From positions 1 to 12,775 of the forward strand of contig JAQBYT010000057.1 in NCBI GenBank assembly GCA_027622665.1: a stretch of DNA of 12,775 nucleotides, given 5' to 3'. This document shows positions 1-7,177 of this stretch, piece after piece; position 1 is the stretch's first letter; every line of letters starts with the position of its first letter. The DNA comes from Verrucomicrobiota bacterium. Its GTDB lineage: Bacteria; Verrucomicrobiota; Verrucomicrobiia; Opitutales; Seribacteraceae. The notes below the pieces were generated by a model. That model ran no database searches. It had not been told where the DNA came from and was given only the letters and a program-made list of their open reading frames with translations. Made by a program: the position numbers and the translations under genes.

Positions 1-128
1 TCCGCCGGGCTTACGATGCGATTGCCCGACGAGAGCCGTCCTAGGCTTTTTCGCAGAGAATCGTTCGCTCTGGATAGGTTGAACGAGGCTGTAGTCGCCG
101 CGGTGTTTGTGTTTATTACTATTGGCAT
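1..128 (-). CDS. fliC: Flagellin, 5' fragment (gene continues beyond the left edge)
   Basis: ATG at 128-126 reads MPIVINTNTAATTASFNLSRANDSLRKSLGRLSSGNRIVSPA. 1-128 matches 1152-1279 at 125/128 nt. GAGGAG SD at 138-143 (minus). Absent from the ORF track because it is truncated. Confidence 0.93.
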   Translation of the reverse strand, partial: MPIVINTNTAATTASFNLSRANDSLRKSLGRLSSGNRIVSPA

Positions 129-238
129 GGTGACGTGCTCCTCAGTGGGGTAGTCAGGGAACGAACCTCTTGAGGTCGATTACCCTTTGTATTTGTTCGT
201 TTCATTTGTTCCTGATTATTCCCAATGAGTGGCTTGAA

Positions 239-1279
239 TTATCCTAGGATTTGAAGTGCGATGCTAGTCAGTTGGTTGGCTTGAGCGACCATGGCGGCAG
301 AGGCCTGAACAAGTACGTTCTGCCTAGCGAAACGGGTTGATTCCAGAGCTATGTCCGCATCCATGATTCGGCCATGAGCAGCTTCCAGGTTCGTCTGGTT
401 TTGTATGAGCAACTCATTGGTCATGTTGAGGCGTGACAATTCTGCGCCGTTCTCCGCTCGAGCATCAGCCAAGCGCTCTATGACGTTGGTGAATTGCCCA
501 ACGGATACGAACATGATGCTGCTGAGAAATCCGTCGGACGTGTAGATGCTGGCGATAAGGGCTGCGTCGTCGGTCGTGTTTAATGAATTAATGTTGCCTA
601 AGTTAATGTTTTGCGAAGCGCCAGCGATGGCAGCGGATACCGCGGTGCTGACGTATTTAGTGTCTACACCGCCCAGAGAGAGAACGTACTGCATGTTCGT
701 TACTCCGAGGGAGACGTTTCCGTCAGCGAACTGGCCGTCCGCATGAGTGTAGAGAGTACGTGAAAACTTAGAGAATGTGCGACCTGCGTCGTCTACTGCG
801 GTGCTGTCCTTCGCTAGGTGAGGACGAAGAGAGGGAGTGGACCCACTCGCAAGCGCCGCACTATTGGCAAACAGGCTGATGCCGTTGAAGGTGTCGTTTT
901 TGATCTGTTGCAGTTGACGCTGTAATTCGATGAACTCCTTAGAATAATTCTCTATGTCACCCGTGTTCTTGGTGACGTCTTGAGCCATGGTTCTTAGTTC
1001 AGCCATGCGATCGATAATTTTACCTACGGTGCTCAACGCTCCATCCTGTACCTGTAGATACGAGACACCATTTTGTACGTTTGTCCTAACTGCTTCGGTT
1101 CGATTCAGCTTCGAGGCCAGTTTGTAGGCTACGGCTAAGCCGCCGGCGTCGTCCGCCGGGCTTACGATGCGATTGCCCGACGAGAGCCGTCCTAGGCTTT
1201 TTCGCAGAGAATCGTTCGCTTTGGACAGGTTGAACGAGGCTGTGGTCGCCGCGGTGTTTGTGTTTATTACTATTGGCAT
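239..1279 (-). CDS. fliC: Flagellin, 346 aa
   Basis: Flagellin_N (RLSSGNRIVSPADDAGGLA, NVQNGVSYLQVQDGAL, TFNGISLF) and Flagellin_C (NLEAAHGRIMDADIALES, QANQL) motifs. AAGGAGGA SD at 1287-1294. Confidence 0.98.
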   Translation of the reverse strand: MPIVINTNTAATTASFNLSKANDSLRKSLGRLSSGNRIVSPADDAGGLAVAYKLASKLNRTEAVRTNVQNGVSYLQVQDGALSTVGKIIDRMAELRTMAQDVTKNTGDIENYSKEFIELQRQLQQIKNDTFNGISLFANSAALASGSTPSLRPHLAKDSTAVDDAGRTFSKFSRTLYTHADGQFADGNVSLGVTNMQYVLSLGGVDTKYVSTAVSAAIAGASQNINLGNINSLNTTDDAALIASIYTSDGFLSSIMFVSVGQFTNVIERLADARAENGAELSRLNMTNELLIQNQTNLEAAHGRIMDADIALESTRFARQNVLVQASAAMVAQANQLTSIALQILG

Positions 1280-1307
1280 GGTTTATTCCTCCTTGATTAT
1301 GGTATTT

Positions 1308-1325
1308 ACCAGCATCCTTGCCGGT
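1308..1325 (-). promoter_or_regulatory. CsrA/RsmA-type binding hairpin in the flagellin 5' leader
   Basis: Minus strand ACCGGCA-AGGA-TGCTGGT: 7-bp stem (one G-U pair) with GGA in the loop, just upstream of the AAGGAGGA SD. Confidence 0.7.
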
Positions 1326-1410
1326 CGTTCAATGTGGTTGTATCGAAACGTGTGTTGATCGATGTCTTCTTGAAAGTGATGTGAGATTTCTCGTATGCTA
1401 TGCTCATGGA

Positions 1411-2217
1411 TCAGTTTCCGAGATGTGGTTTTCTGATACCGTCGTGTTTCAATGACTCGGGATCCTTCGGCAGAGACCAAGTCTTTCCGCGTTCAAGGGA
1501 AATCATCCGGCTAGAGATCCTGTGTAAACGTTCCACCAGAAGCCCCCACTGGAGTCGATTGGCAACGCAAGCATTACGCCAGTCATTCAAGGCTCGCTTC
1601 ACCGAGCCTGCATCTAGGCACAGCCCGGTTGAATTCCCGCAAATTTTACCTGTTTCAATTGTGATCATGCCAGGGGTTCCGATGTTTACTCGATCCAAGG
1701 AAAGTCCTTCCCACTCACCTGAGCTGGGGACGGCAACCACGACGGGAGGCGATTTCTCTACAGAGTACAGAGCCGCATGATCATGCGTCGCCATTGATTC
1801 TTGCTTTATTCCGTCTCGAGCCGACTCGAAGCGAACCTGCAAGTCGTTTAGTGCAGGTTCAGTAGCATGCGGTGAGCGACTGGCAGTCAGAAGAGCGGCA
1901 ATTTCGGATAGTTTACCCCCCATTTCGGAAAGAGAATTCTCCTGTGACTCGAGATAGCGAACACCTGCTTCTATATTCGCCGCAACAGAGGAAAGAACTG
2001 CTTTGGAATAAGCTGACTCAGGTTTTCTTGATTGAAAATTTTCTGAGGACTTCCCTGTAATCATTCGCTCTATGAAGGGAAGCGTTGGGTCGGGCACAGT
2101 GATTTTGCCGCCGACGATAACTTTAGTGCGAGCCGTTCTGGCCGCATTTGACTTTTGTCGAGCAATGCTAACTAAACTAAGTGCTGTCGAAGTGTCGGTA
2201 GTGTATTTTTCTTTCAT
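1411..2217 (-). CDS. Divergent flagellin-like protein, 268 aa (D1-like helices, no recognisable D0 termini)
   Basis: ANIEAGVRYLESQENSLSEMGGKLSEIAALL...ATHDHAALYS aligns by eye with TNVQNGVSYLQVQDGALSTVGKIIDRMAELR...DTFNGISLFA of the neighbouring flagellin. SVKRALNDWRNACVANRLQWGLL resembles the C-terminal D1 helix. Confidence 0.75.
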   Translation of the reverse strand: MKEKYTTDTSTALSLVSIARQKSNAARTARTKVIVGGKITVPDPTLPFIERMITGKSSENFQSRKPESAYSKAVLSSVAANIEAGVRYLESQENSLSEMGGKLSEIAALLTASRSPHATEPALNDLQVRFESARDGIKQESMATHDHAALYSVEKSPPVVVAVPSSGEWEGLSLDRVNIGTPGMITIETGKICGNSTGLCLDAGSVKRALNDWRNACVANRLQWGLLVERLHRISSRMISLERGKTWSLPKDPESLKHDGIRKPHLGN

Positions 2218-2660
2218 TGTCTTTTAATGTCTAGATTCTATCGGTGGGCGGACCGCATAGTAGTATTTGGTTGACCTTCCAAGGGTCGTTTCGATGAGTT
2301 TGATTGGCCTTGTGGCGACCTTTACTCAAGGCTTGCTCGAAACTTTCTATATAATGATTCATATATACTCTGATAATTAAGAATTTAGTATTTAAAATTA
2401 ACTCTAATTAAAATTTCGTTTAACTATTTACTGATAAATTAGTGAGGCTGTTCATTGAATGGCATCTCGTTATCCTTATCTTCGGATCTGAACTCTCATT
2501 TTCGTTCGTAGGTGCCTAGCTCTTTGCTCGGACCTAATAGTTTCCTGCGGAGATAGCCAACCCTGTCCGGCAGGGGGCGGCCAAGTAATTGGCAGTAAGT
2601 GAATGTAGTGGTTTTAGGCATGGAAAAGTTATCGGTGGCTTCTGTCGCTGCTCTGCTGAA

Positions 2661-2837
2661 TCAAATCGATCCCAAGGTACTGTGATGGAGGGTTAGTGAC
2701 CCAAGTGTAGACCTTCCAGTTGCAAGGCGCATAGCGTCCACTCGATCGTGGAGAGGCTTGCCCGAACTATATCGGGACGGGCTAGACGACACCTTTTTTG
2801 AGGATAATTCAAATCCCCTATAGTAAATAGGATTCAT
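2661..2837 (-). pseudogene. 58-aa ORF resembling a degenerate flagellin N-terminus (relic or small protein)
   Basis: Hand translation: MNPIYYRGFELSSKKVSSSPSRYSSGKPLHDRVDAMRLATGRSTLGSLTLHHSTLGSI. Resembles SFNLSKANDSLRKSLGRLSSGNRIVSPADDAGGLA. Starts 25 nt downstream of a sigma-28 motif. Shorter than any ORF in the track. Confidence 0.4.
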
Positions 2838-2861
2838 TTTAAATAGTTCTTACTCAATGTA

Positions 2862-2888
2862 TAGTCGGATATTATTAGGTAAACTTTA
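2862..2888 (-). promoter_or_regulatory. Sigma-28 (FliA) promoter
   Basis: Minus strand TAAAGTTT-N11-TCCGACTA versus consensus TAAAGTTT-N11-GCCGATAA. AT-rich UP-like tract upstream (~2890-2920). Confidence 0.72.
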
Positions 2889-3090
2889 GTTTTTTCTTAA
2901 CGTAATATTAATTTAATTTCCTGAGTGGATATATAAAGGATTCGAATGCCCTAGATAACCGTCATCGTCTGACAGGTCCTTGATCTTGTCGGAATGGCAT
3001 GCCGTAGCATATCACCAAATGAGTTTTGCCTTATGCTTCCCTTGCCGCTTGCGCGGGAGAGCCAACAGACTTCAGTTGTAGTCAAAGTAA

Positions 3091-3426
3091 TCATGAAAGG
3101 TTTGCCAAGGCTTGTGTCAGAGATTTTGCTAATCGAGATCGAATCATCTTACCTCTTGGTTTGCTTTCGGTCGAAACGGGCATATCAGGTTTTAATGTAA
3201 CGGGAAATAAATTGGTGCGATTCAGTGGCGTAGTCCGTACGGCTTCACGATTGGCGAATGCTAATTGATCTAGCAGACGATTCGCCAAACCGTTTGAATT
3301 GTCGGTTATCGAGGAACACCCCGTCTCGTCGGACATAAGTTGATCCGTTGCATAGCATCGTACACGTTCGCCCGAATTGGTGGTTAACGGGTAGGTGGAT
3401 GACTCGCTCTGTAGAATTATGGACAT
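3091..3426 (-). pseudogene. Degenerate mini-flagellin-like ORF, 111 aa from the internal Met (MSIILQS); relic or small CDS
   Basis: MSIILQ...N17...SITDNSNGLA-x12-EAVRT matches MPIVIN...N17...SPADDAGGLA-x12-EAVRT of the 346-aa flagellin. C-terminal TNL...DMPVSTES...TQA loosely resembles TNL...DADIALES...AQA. The ORF track gives an upstream start at 3465. Confidence 0.5.
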
Positions 3427-3519
3427 TTTCGTTATTACTTTCTTGAATTCCGACTCCTTGTGCATGGAACCGAAAAGCGAAGTTTGTATTTGTATGAAGT
3501 GGTTTTAATTAGAAGCGAT

Positions 3520-3544
3520 GGGGATCAACGGGGTAGGGATGGGG
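3520..3544 (+). other. Potential G-quadruplex motif
   Basis: GGGG-ATCAAC-GGGG-TA-GGG-AT-GGGG fits the G3+N1-7 x4 pattern. Confidence 0.5.
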
Positions 3545-3759
3545 AGTGGTGAAATATAAATAAAGTGAATATGGTCGAGAAAATGCAGTTGAAGCATACG
3601 CTTAAGCGAATCCCGCAAGCTTCCGGAACACACAGTGAAAGTTTCGTGGGTGGGCCTTCCGCTTCCCTTGCTGCCGAGTTTTCGAACTCCGGAAGAAAGG
3701 ATAGTTTGGTCTGTGGTCGAATGAACATTTACGTGCACTGTGCGTATTGGAATATTGAG

Positions 3760-4002
3760 TTATGACTTCGATTGTCGCCGCAAGTGGTGTTGTAGGATGT
3801 GGTAGGGGAAAAGGTTTGGGGTGATTGGGTATGGTGACTGAGGTGAAGAATGGAAATGTGGATTTTGCTGGTTGAATGACATGTTCATTACCGAAGAAGC
3901 GCATAGTCGTGGCAGTTGAAGGGGAACCTCCCCGTCCTCGTTCACTTGGAACGAGGACGGGAGCAGTTTCTCCGAATGTGTGAATCGTTGGATTCGTTTC
4001 AT
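3760..4002 (-). CDS. Possible small hypothetical protein, 80 aa
   Basis: ATG start preceded by an AGGGA SD-like motif, ~70 nt downstream of the giant flagellin stop and co-oriented. No recognisable domain. Confidence 0.2.
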   Translation of the reverse strand: MKRIQRFTHSEKLLPSSFQVNEDGEVPLQLPRLCASSVMNMSFNQQNPHFHSSPQSPYPITPNLFPYHILQHHLRRQSKS

Positions 4003-4072
4003 TTGGATGTCCCTATCTGGTTTTGAAAACTTCTAACCGTTTTGGCTATCGAGTATTTCGGTGTTCCTCTAA

Positions 4073-6889
4073 TTATTTGAGGAGGCTGAGGACGATGTTG
4101 GCCATTTGGTTCGCCTGGCTGACCATCGATGCGCTCGCTTGGACAAGAACGTTCTGGCGGGCCAGTTTGGTCGATTCAGCAGCCATATCGGCATCCATAA
4201 TGCGAGAAGTAGCTGCCTCGAGGTTTATTTCGTTCTCCTGGAGTATGTCTTCCGCATAACCGAGACGGGACATGGTACCACCGTTGACGGCTCTGAAGTT
4301 GGCCAACGACTGGATGTAGTCCACGAAATCGGCCACGCTGAAGTGCTGCAACTTGTTCTTTGAGTCCAGCAGGTCCTTATTGTTGTCCGCATCGGCGTCG
4401 ACGTGACTACCCGACTTGGCGATAGTACGATCGCTCGTCGTTGCGTAGAAGTCATCCATTGTGCCAAAGATGCCGTCATTGCCTGCATTCAAGCCCCCGT
4501 AGAACTGGTCGTCCTGGGAGTTGTAGATTTCGTCCCCCGGAGGCAACGGAGAATCCGTGCGACGGGCGATGGTGTTTGTACGAACCGTTCCCGTGTTCGA
4601 CAAGCGATCAACGTAATCGAGAGACTGATTTGCCCTGTAGAAAACGCCTTGGGGAAGCCCTGCTCCGCCTCCGCCAGCGATGGTGTCGACGTACATGGAG
4701 AGTTCCTTCACTGCTCCGAGACTCAACAGATCTCCGAACTCGGTGTAACCGTCGTCGGACGGGCTGACGTAGCTCGGGTCGTTGGAGTCCAGATGCGAGA
4801 CGTATACGTAGTGCTTGCCTTGATGGGAGATGTTGTCTCCACGGGTATAACTGGCGCTTACGGTTTGTCCGCTAAGCTTGCCGAAGTGCGTCTTGGACCA
4901 ATGGGAGGTATTGTCAACGTCCGCGTACTCAGCAGTAACGTCCGTGGCGAAGTCAGCTTGGTCTTCGGGGTTGGCCTCGATGTCCCATGCGCTCTTTACC
5001 CAACCTGCACCGGTTAGGGCTGCGAGGTCTTGCCAACCGTTTGGAAGGGCAGTGCCTAAGTCGAGTGCATCCGTAACGACTGACCAACCTGAACCGGCTA
5101 CGTCTGGCGCGCCGAGTCCGGCGGCGTTGGCGATGGCTCCGACAGCTTTGTAGTAGGTCCCATTGTAATCAATGATGTCGCTTGCATTATAACCAGTGTC
5201 AGTCCATGCAGCAGCTTGGAATTGAGGTATCCCGGCTGTTGTGGCGCTAATCTGGCTCCAAGCTCCGCCATCGTGCACATAAGAACCCAACTGGACATCC
5301 GTTGCATCAAAATTGCCGCGAACCGTGCTGGGAGCAGTGTAGACGTCGCCCGCAACGTCTAAGATATTGTCTCCGGCGACAAAAGCGGTGTCCGTGGCAT
5401 TGTTGCCCGCACCAACACTTTTATTTACCGAAGCGGGATCGACCGGTACCGTATTCTTGGCAATCGTTGCAGACGCCTGAAACCAGCTGCCTTGATGAAG
5501 AACGTAGTCGTCTTGAGTTGCACCGGATCCGGTGTAAATGCCCTTCACCTTGGAAGTGATCTCCTTGACGTGTTGATTGGCGATACCCGGATTCTCGTCG
5601 AAGATCAGTTCCCCTTCCTTGAAGCTGACTCCTGCGGTCCAAGTCCTTACGTTCCAGTCGTTATTTGCGACGTACACGTCGCTACCGACCTTCACGTGGC
5701 CCGGCGTATGGTTGGTCGTGGAATTGAAGGCCATGAGGGACTGCAAGCCAGGAAGGCTTCCCGAGGTGTACACCGAGGGTTCAGCCAAGTTGGAGTTGGC
5801 TCGAACGTACTCGGTGGTGGGCTTGTCGCCAGTGATGGCTCCATTGGAGCGATCTTGTCCGACGTAATTGAAGAACTTGTTCTCGCCGACGTGATCGTCA
5901 TTAAAAACCTTTTCCAGAGCGATGCCATTGGGGATGTCCGCCTGAGCTTCCAAGAAGATGTAACTGCCGGGAGTGGCCCAATGAGCGGGAACCCTAACGA
6001 CGTCACCCTTCAGATAAGCGACTTTCTCGCCCCTGGAGTTGTACTTGGTGGTGGTGGAGTCGTAATCGGGAGCGCCTGAGAATGCTTCGGCAAAACCCTC
6101 GCCGCCCTTGTCGGCAAGACGAATCCAGTTTGAAGTCGCCTTGGCCGTGTCCGTGATGGAGGTGCCGGCTTGCACGTCTTTCAAGGCCATGAAGTAACCG
6201 GAGTCTGAAAGTGATACGCCTTTCTTGTATACGACGTCTCCGTTTCCATAATCTCGGGAAGTCTTCCCGGGGCTGCTGTCGAGTAGACCTCCGTCTATGG
6301 TGAAGTTGCCTACAAGTTGACGATACTCACCGTGTGAACCTGAGTTGAGCTCGCCGTCGGCGCCGTACTTCGACTTGAGGTTTTCGAAAAGCCCCGTACG
6401 GCGAAGTTCAACCTTACCCGTAAGACCATCCTCGGTCGTGACGATCTTCATTGGGTTGTTGTCCGGTTCCGTCCTGGCGAAAAGGCTTACCCCGTTGAAC
6501 TTCGATGATTGGAGCTCTACCAGTTGGGCCTGCAGTTCCTTGAACTCATGATTGTAAGTATCGCGATCGAGAGCATTCTTCGATATATCGTTAAAGTAGC
6601 TCTTTAGTTCTGCCATGCGATCCAAGATTTCGCCCGTAACTTTCAGTGTGCCATCCTGCATTTGCAGAAAGGAAACCCCGTTCTGGATGTTTTGCTTGGT
6701 GGCTGCGGTCCGGCGAAGCTGGCTTTGCAACTTCATGCCAACGGCCAACCCTCCTGCGTCGTCAGCGGGCGATATGATTCGATTTCCGCTGGATAAGCGC
6801 AACATGCTCTTCTTTAAAAGATCATTTGCACGAGACATATTAAGCGCCGAATGCGACGCCGTCATATTTGAATTTATTACTATAGACAT
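4073..6889 (-). CDS. fliC: Giant flagellin, 938 aa, with a ~680-aa central insert containing CBM5/12-like aromatic repeats
   Basis: Flagellin_N (MSIVINSN...RLSSGNRIISPADDAGGLA...KFNGVSLF) and Flagellin_C (NLEAATSRIMDADMAAES...QANQMANIVLSLLK). AAGGAGGA SD at 6897-6904. Insert includes AWTDTGYNASDIIDYNGTYYKA...PDVAGSGW. Confidence 0.97.
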   Translation of the reverse strand: MSIVINSNMTASHSALNMSRANDLLKKSMLRLSSGNRIISPADDAGGLAVGMKLQSQLRRTAATKQNIQNGVSFLQMQDGTLKVTGEILDRMAELKSYFNDISKNALDRDTYNHEFKELQAQLVELQSSKFNGVSLFARTEPDNNPMKIVTTEDGLTGKVELRRTGLFENLKSKYGADGELNSGSHGEYRQLVGNFTIDGGLLDSSPGKTSRDYGNGDVVYKKGVSLSDSGYFMALKDVQAGTSITDTAKATSNWIRLADKGGEGFAEAFSGAPDYDSTTTKYNSRGEKVAYLKGDVVRVPAHWATPGSYIFLEAQADIPNGIALEKVFNDDHVGENKFFNYVGQDRSNGAITGDKPTTEYVRANSNLAEPSVYTSGSLPGLQSLMAFNSTTNHTPGHVKVGSDVYVANNDWNVRTWTAGVSFKEGELIFDENPGIANQHVKEITSKVKGIYTGSGATQDDYVLHQGSWFQASATIAKNTVPVDPASVNKSVGAGNNATDTAFVAGDNILDVAGDVYTAPSTVRGNFDATDVQLGSYVHDGGAWSQISATTAGIPQFQAAAWTDTGYNASDIIDYNGTYYKAVGAIANAAGLGAPDVAGSGWSVVTDALDLGTALPNGWQDLAALTGAGWVKSAWDIEANPEDQADFATDVTAEYADVDNTSHWSKTHFGKLSGQTVSASYTRGDNISHQGKHYVYVSHLDSNDPSYVSPSDDGYTEFGDLLSLGAVKELSMYVDTIAGGGGAGLPQGVFYRANQSLDYVDRLSNTGTVRTNTIARRTDSPLPPGDEIYNSQDDQFYGGLNAGNDGIFGTMDDFYATTSDRTIAKSGSHVDADADNNKDLLDSKNKLQHFSVADFVDYIQSLANFRAVNGGTMSRLGYAEDILQENEINLEAATSRIMDADMAAESTKLARQNVLVQASASMVSQANQMANIVLSLLK

Positions 6890-6894
6890 ATATT

Positions 6895-6997
6895 AGTCCT
6901 CCTTGACTTTCTCTTTGGCAACATCCTTGTCGCCTGTTTTCCCGTGATTTTTGGTAAGGGTTCTGGTTCCCTTGCCGTCGACCTCCTTGTCTTCGAC
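6895..6997 (-). promoter_or_regulatory. Cluster of CsrA/RsmA-type GGA hairpins in the giant flagellin leader
   Basis: AGTC-AAGGAG-GACT over the SD (6895-6908); GGCGACA-AGGA-TGTTGCC (6917-6934); CAAGGGA (~6968-6974); GAC-AAGGAG-GTC (within 6977-6997). Confidence 0.72.
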
Positions 6998-7005
6998 GCT
7001 TAGTA

Positions 7006-7032
7006 AAATCGACTGGGTGCGAAAGAACTTTA
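7006..7032 (-). promoter_or_regulatory. Sigma-28 (FliA) promoter of the giant flagellin
   Basis: Minus strand TAAA-N15-GTCGATTT (TAAAGTT at the -35). A/T-tract UP element at ~7035-7057. About 115 nt upstream of the ATG. Confidence 0.78.
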
Positions 7033-7177
7033 GGAAAAAATTGAATTTTTATTTTTTCGCATGAACTCTTTGGTCTAAGAAGGAACTCGTTTTCTCTTTG
7101 AAATTCTCTCCGGACCGAGCAAGGCAAGGCGCTGTTCCTTTGTTTTACCGTTGTCATCGACCAACGCTCAAGGTGTA

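Noticed and set aside
546..2060. Plus-strand ORFs 546-746, 1167-1358, 1400-1780, 1872-2060 and minus ORF 1283-1480
   Set aside because: Antisense shadows of the flagellin and flagellin-like genes, or overlapping the flagellin leader; no recognisable motifs.
2238..2264. Sigma-28-like -10 box (ACCGATAG, minus) upstream of the 268-aa gene
   Set aside because: No TAAA-like -35 at 15-nt spacing (ACTA found instead); too weak to call.
2561..2575. Hairpin CCCTG-TCCGG-CAGGG
   Set aside because: Short stem with no U-tract on either strand; not supportable as a terminator.
2994..3904. Short ORFs 2994-3200, 3026-3268, 3505-3738, 3525-3728, 3565-3765, 3602-3904
   Set aside because: Mutually overlapping, with no recognisable domain; cannot be distinguished from chance ORFs.
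4350..6380. Flagellinolysin-type metallopeptidase in the giant flagellin insert
   Set aside because: No HExxH motif in the translated insert.
4023..7157. Many overlapping ORFs within or antisense to the giant flagellin, and 6840-7157
   Set aside because: Alternative-frame by-products of the codon bias of a long gene. 6840-7157 spans the promoter and leader.
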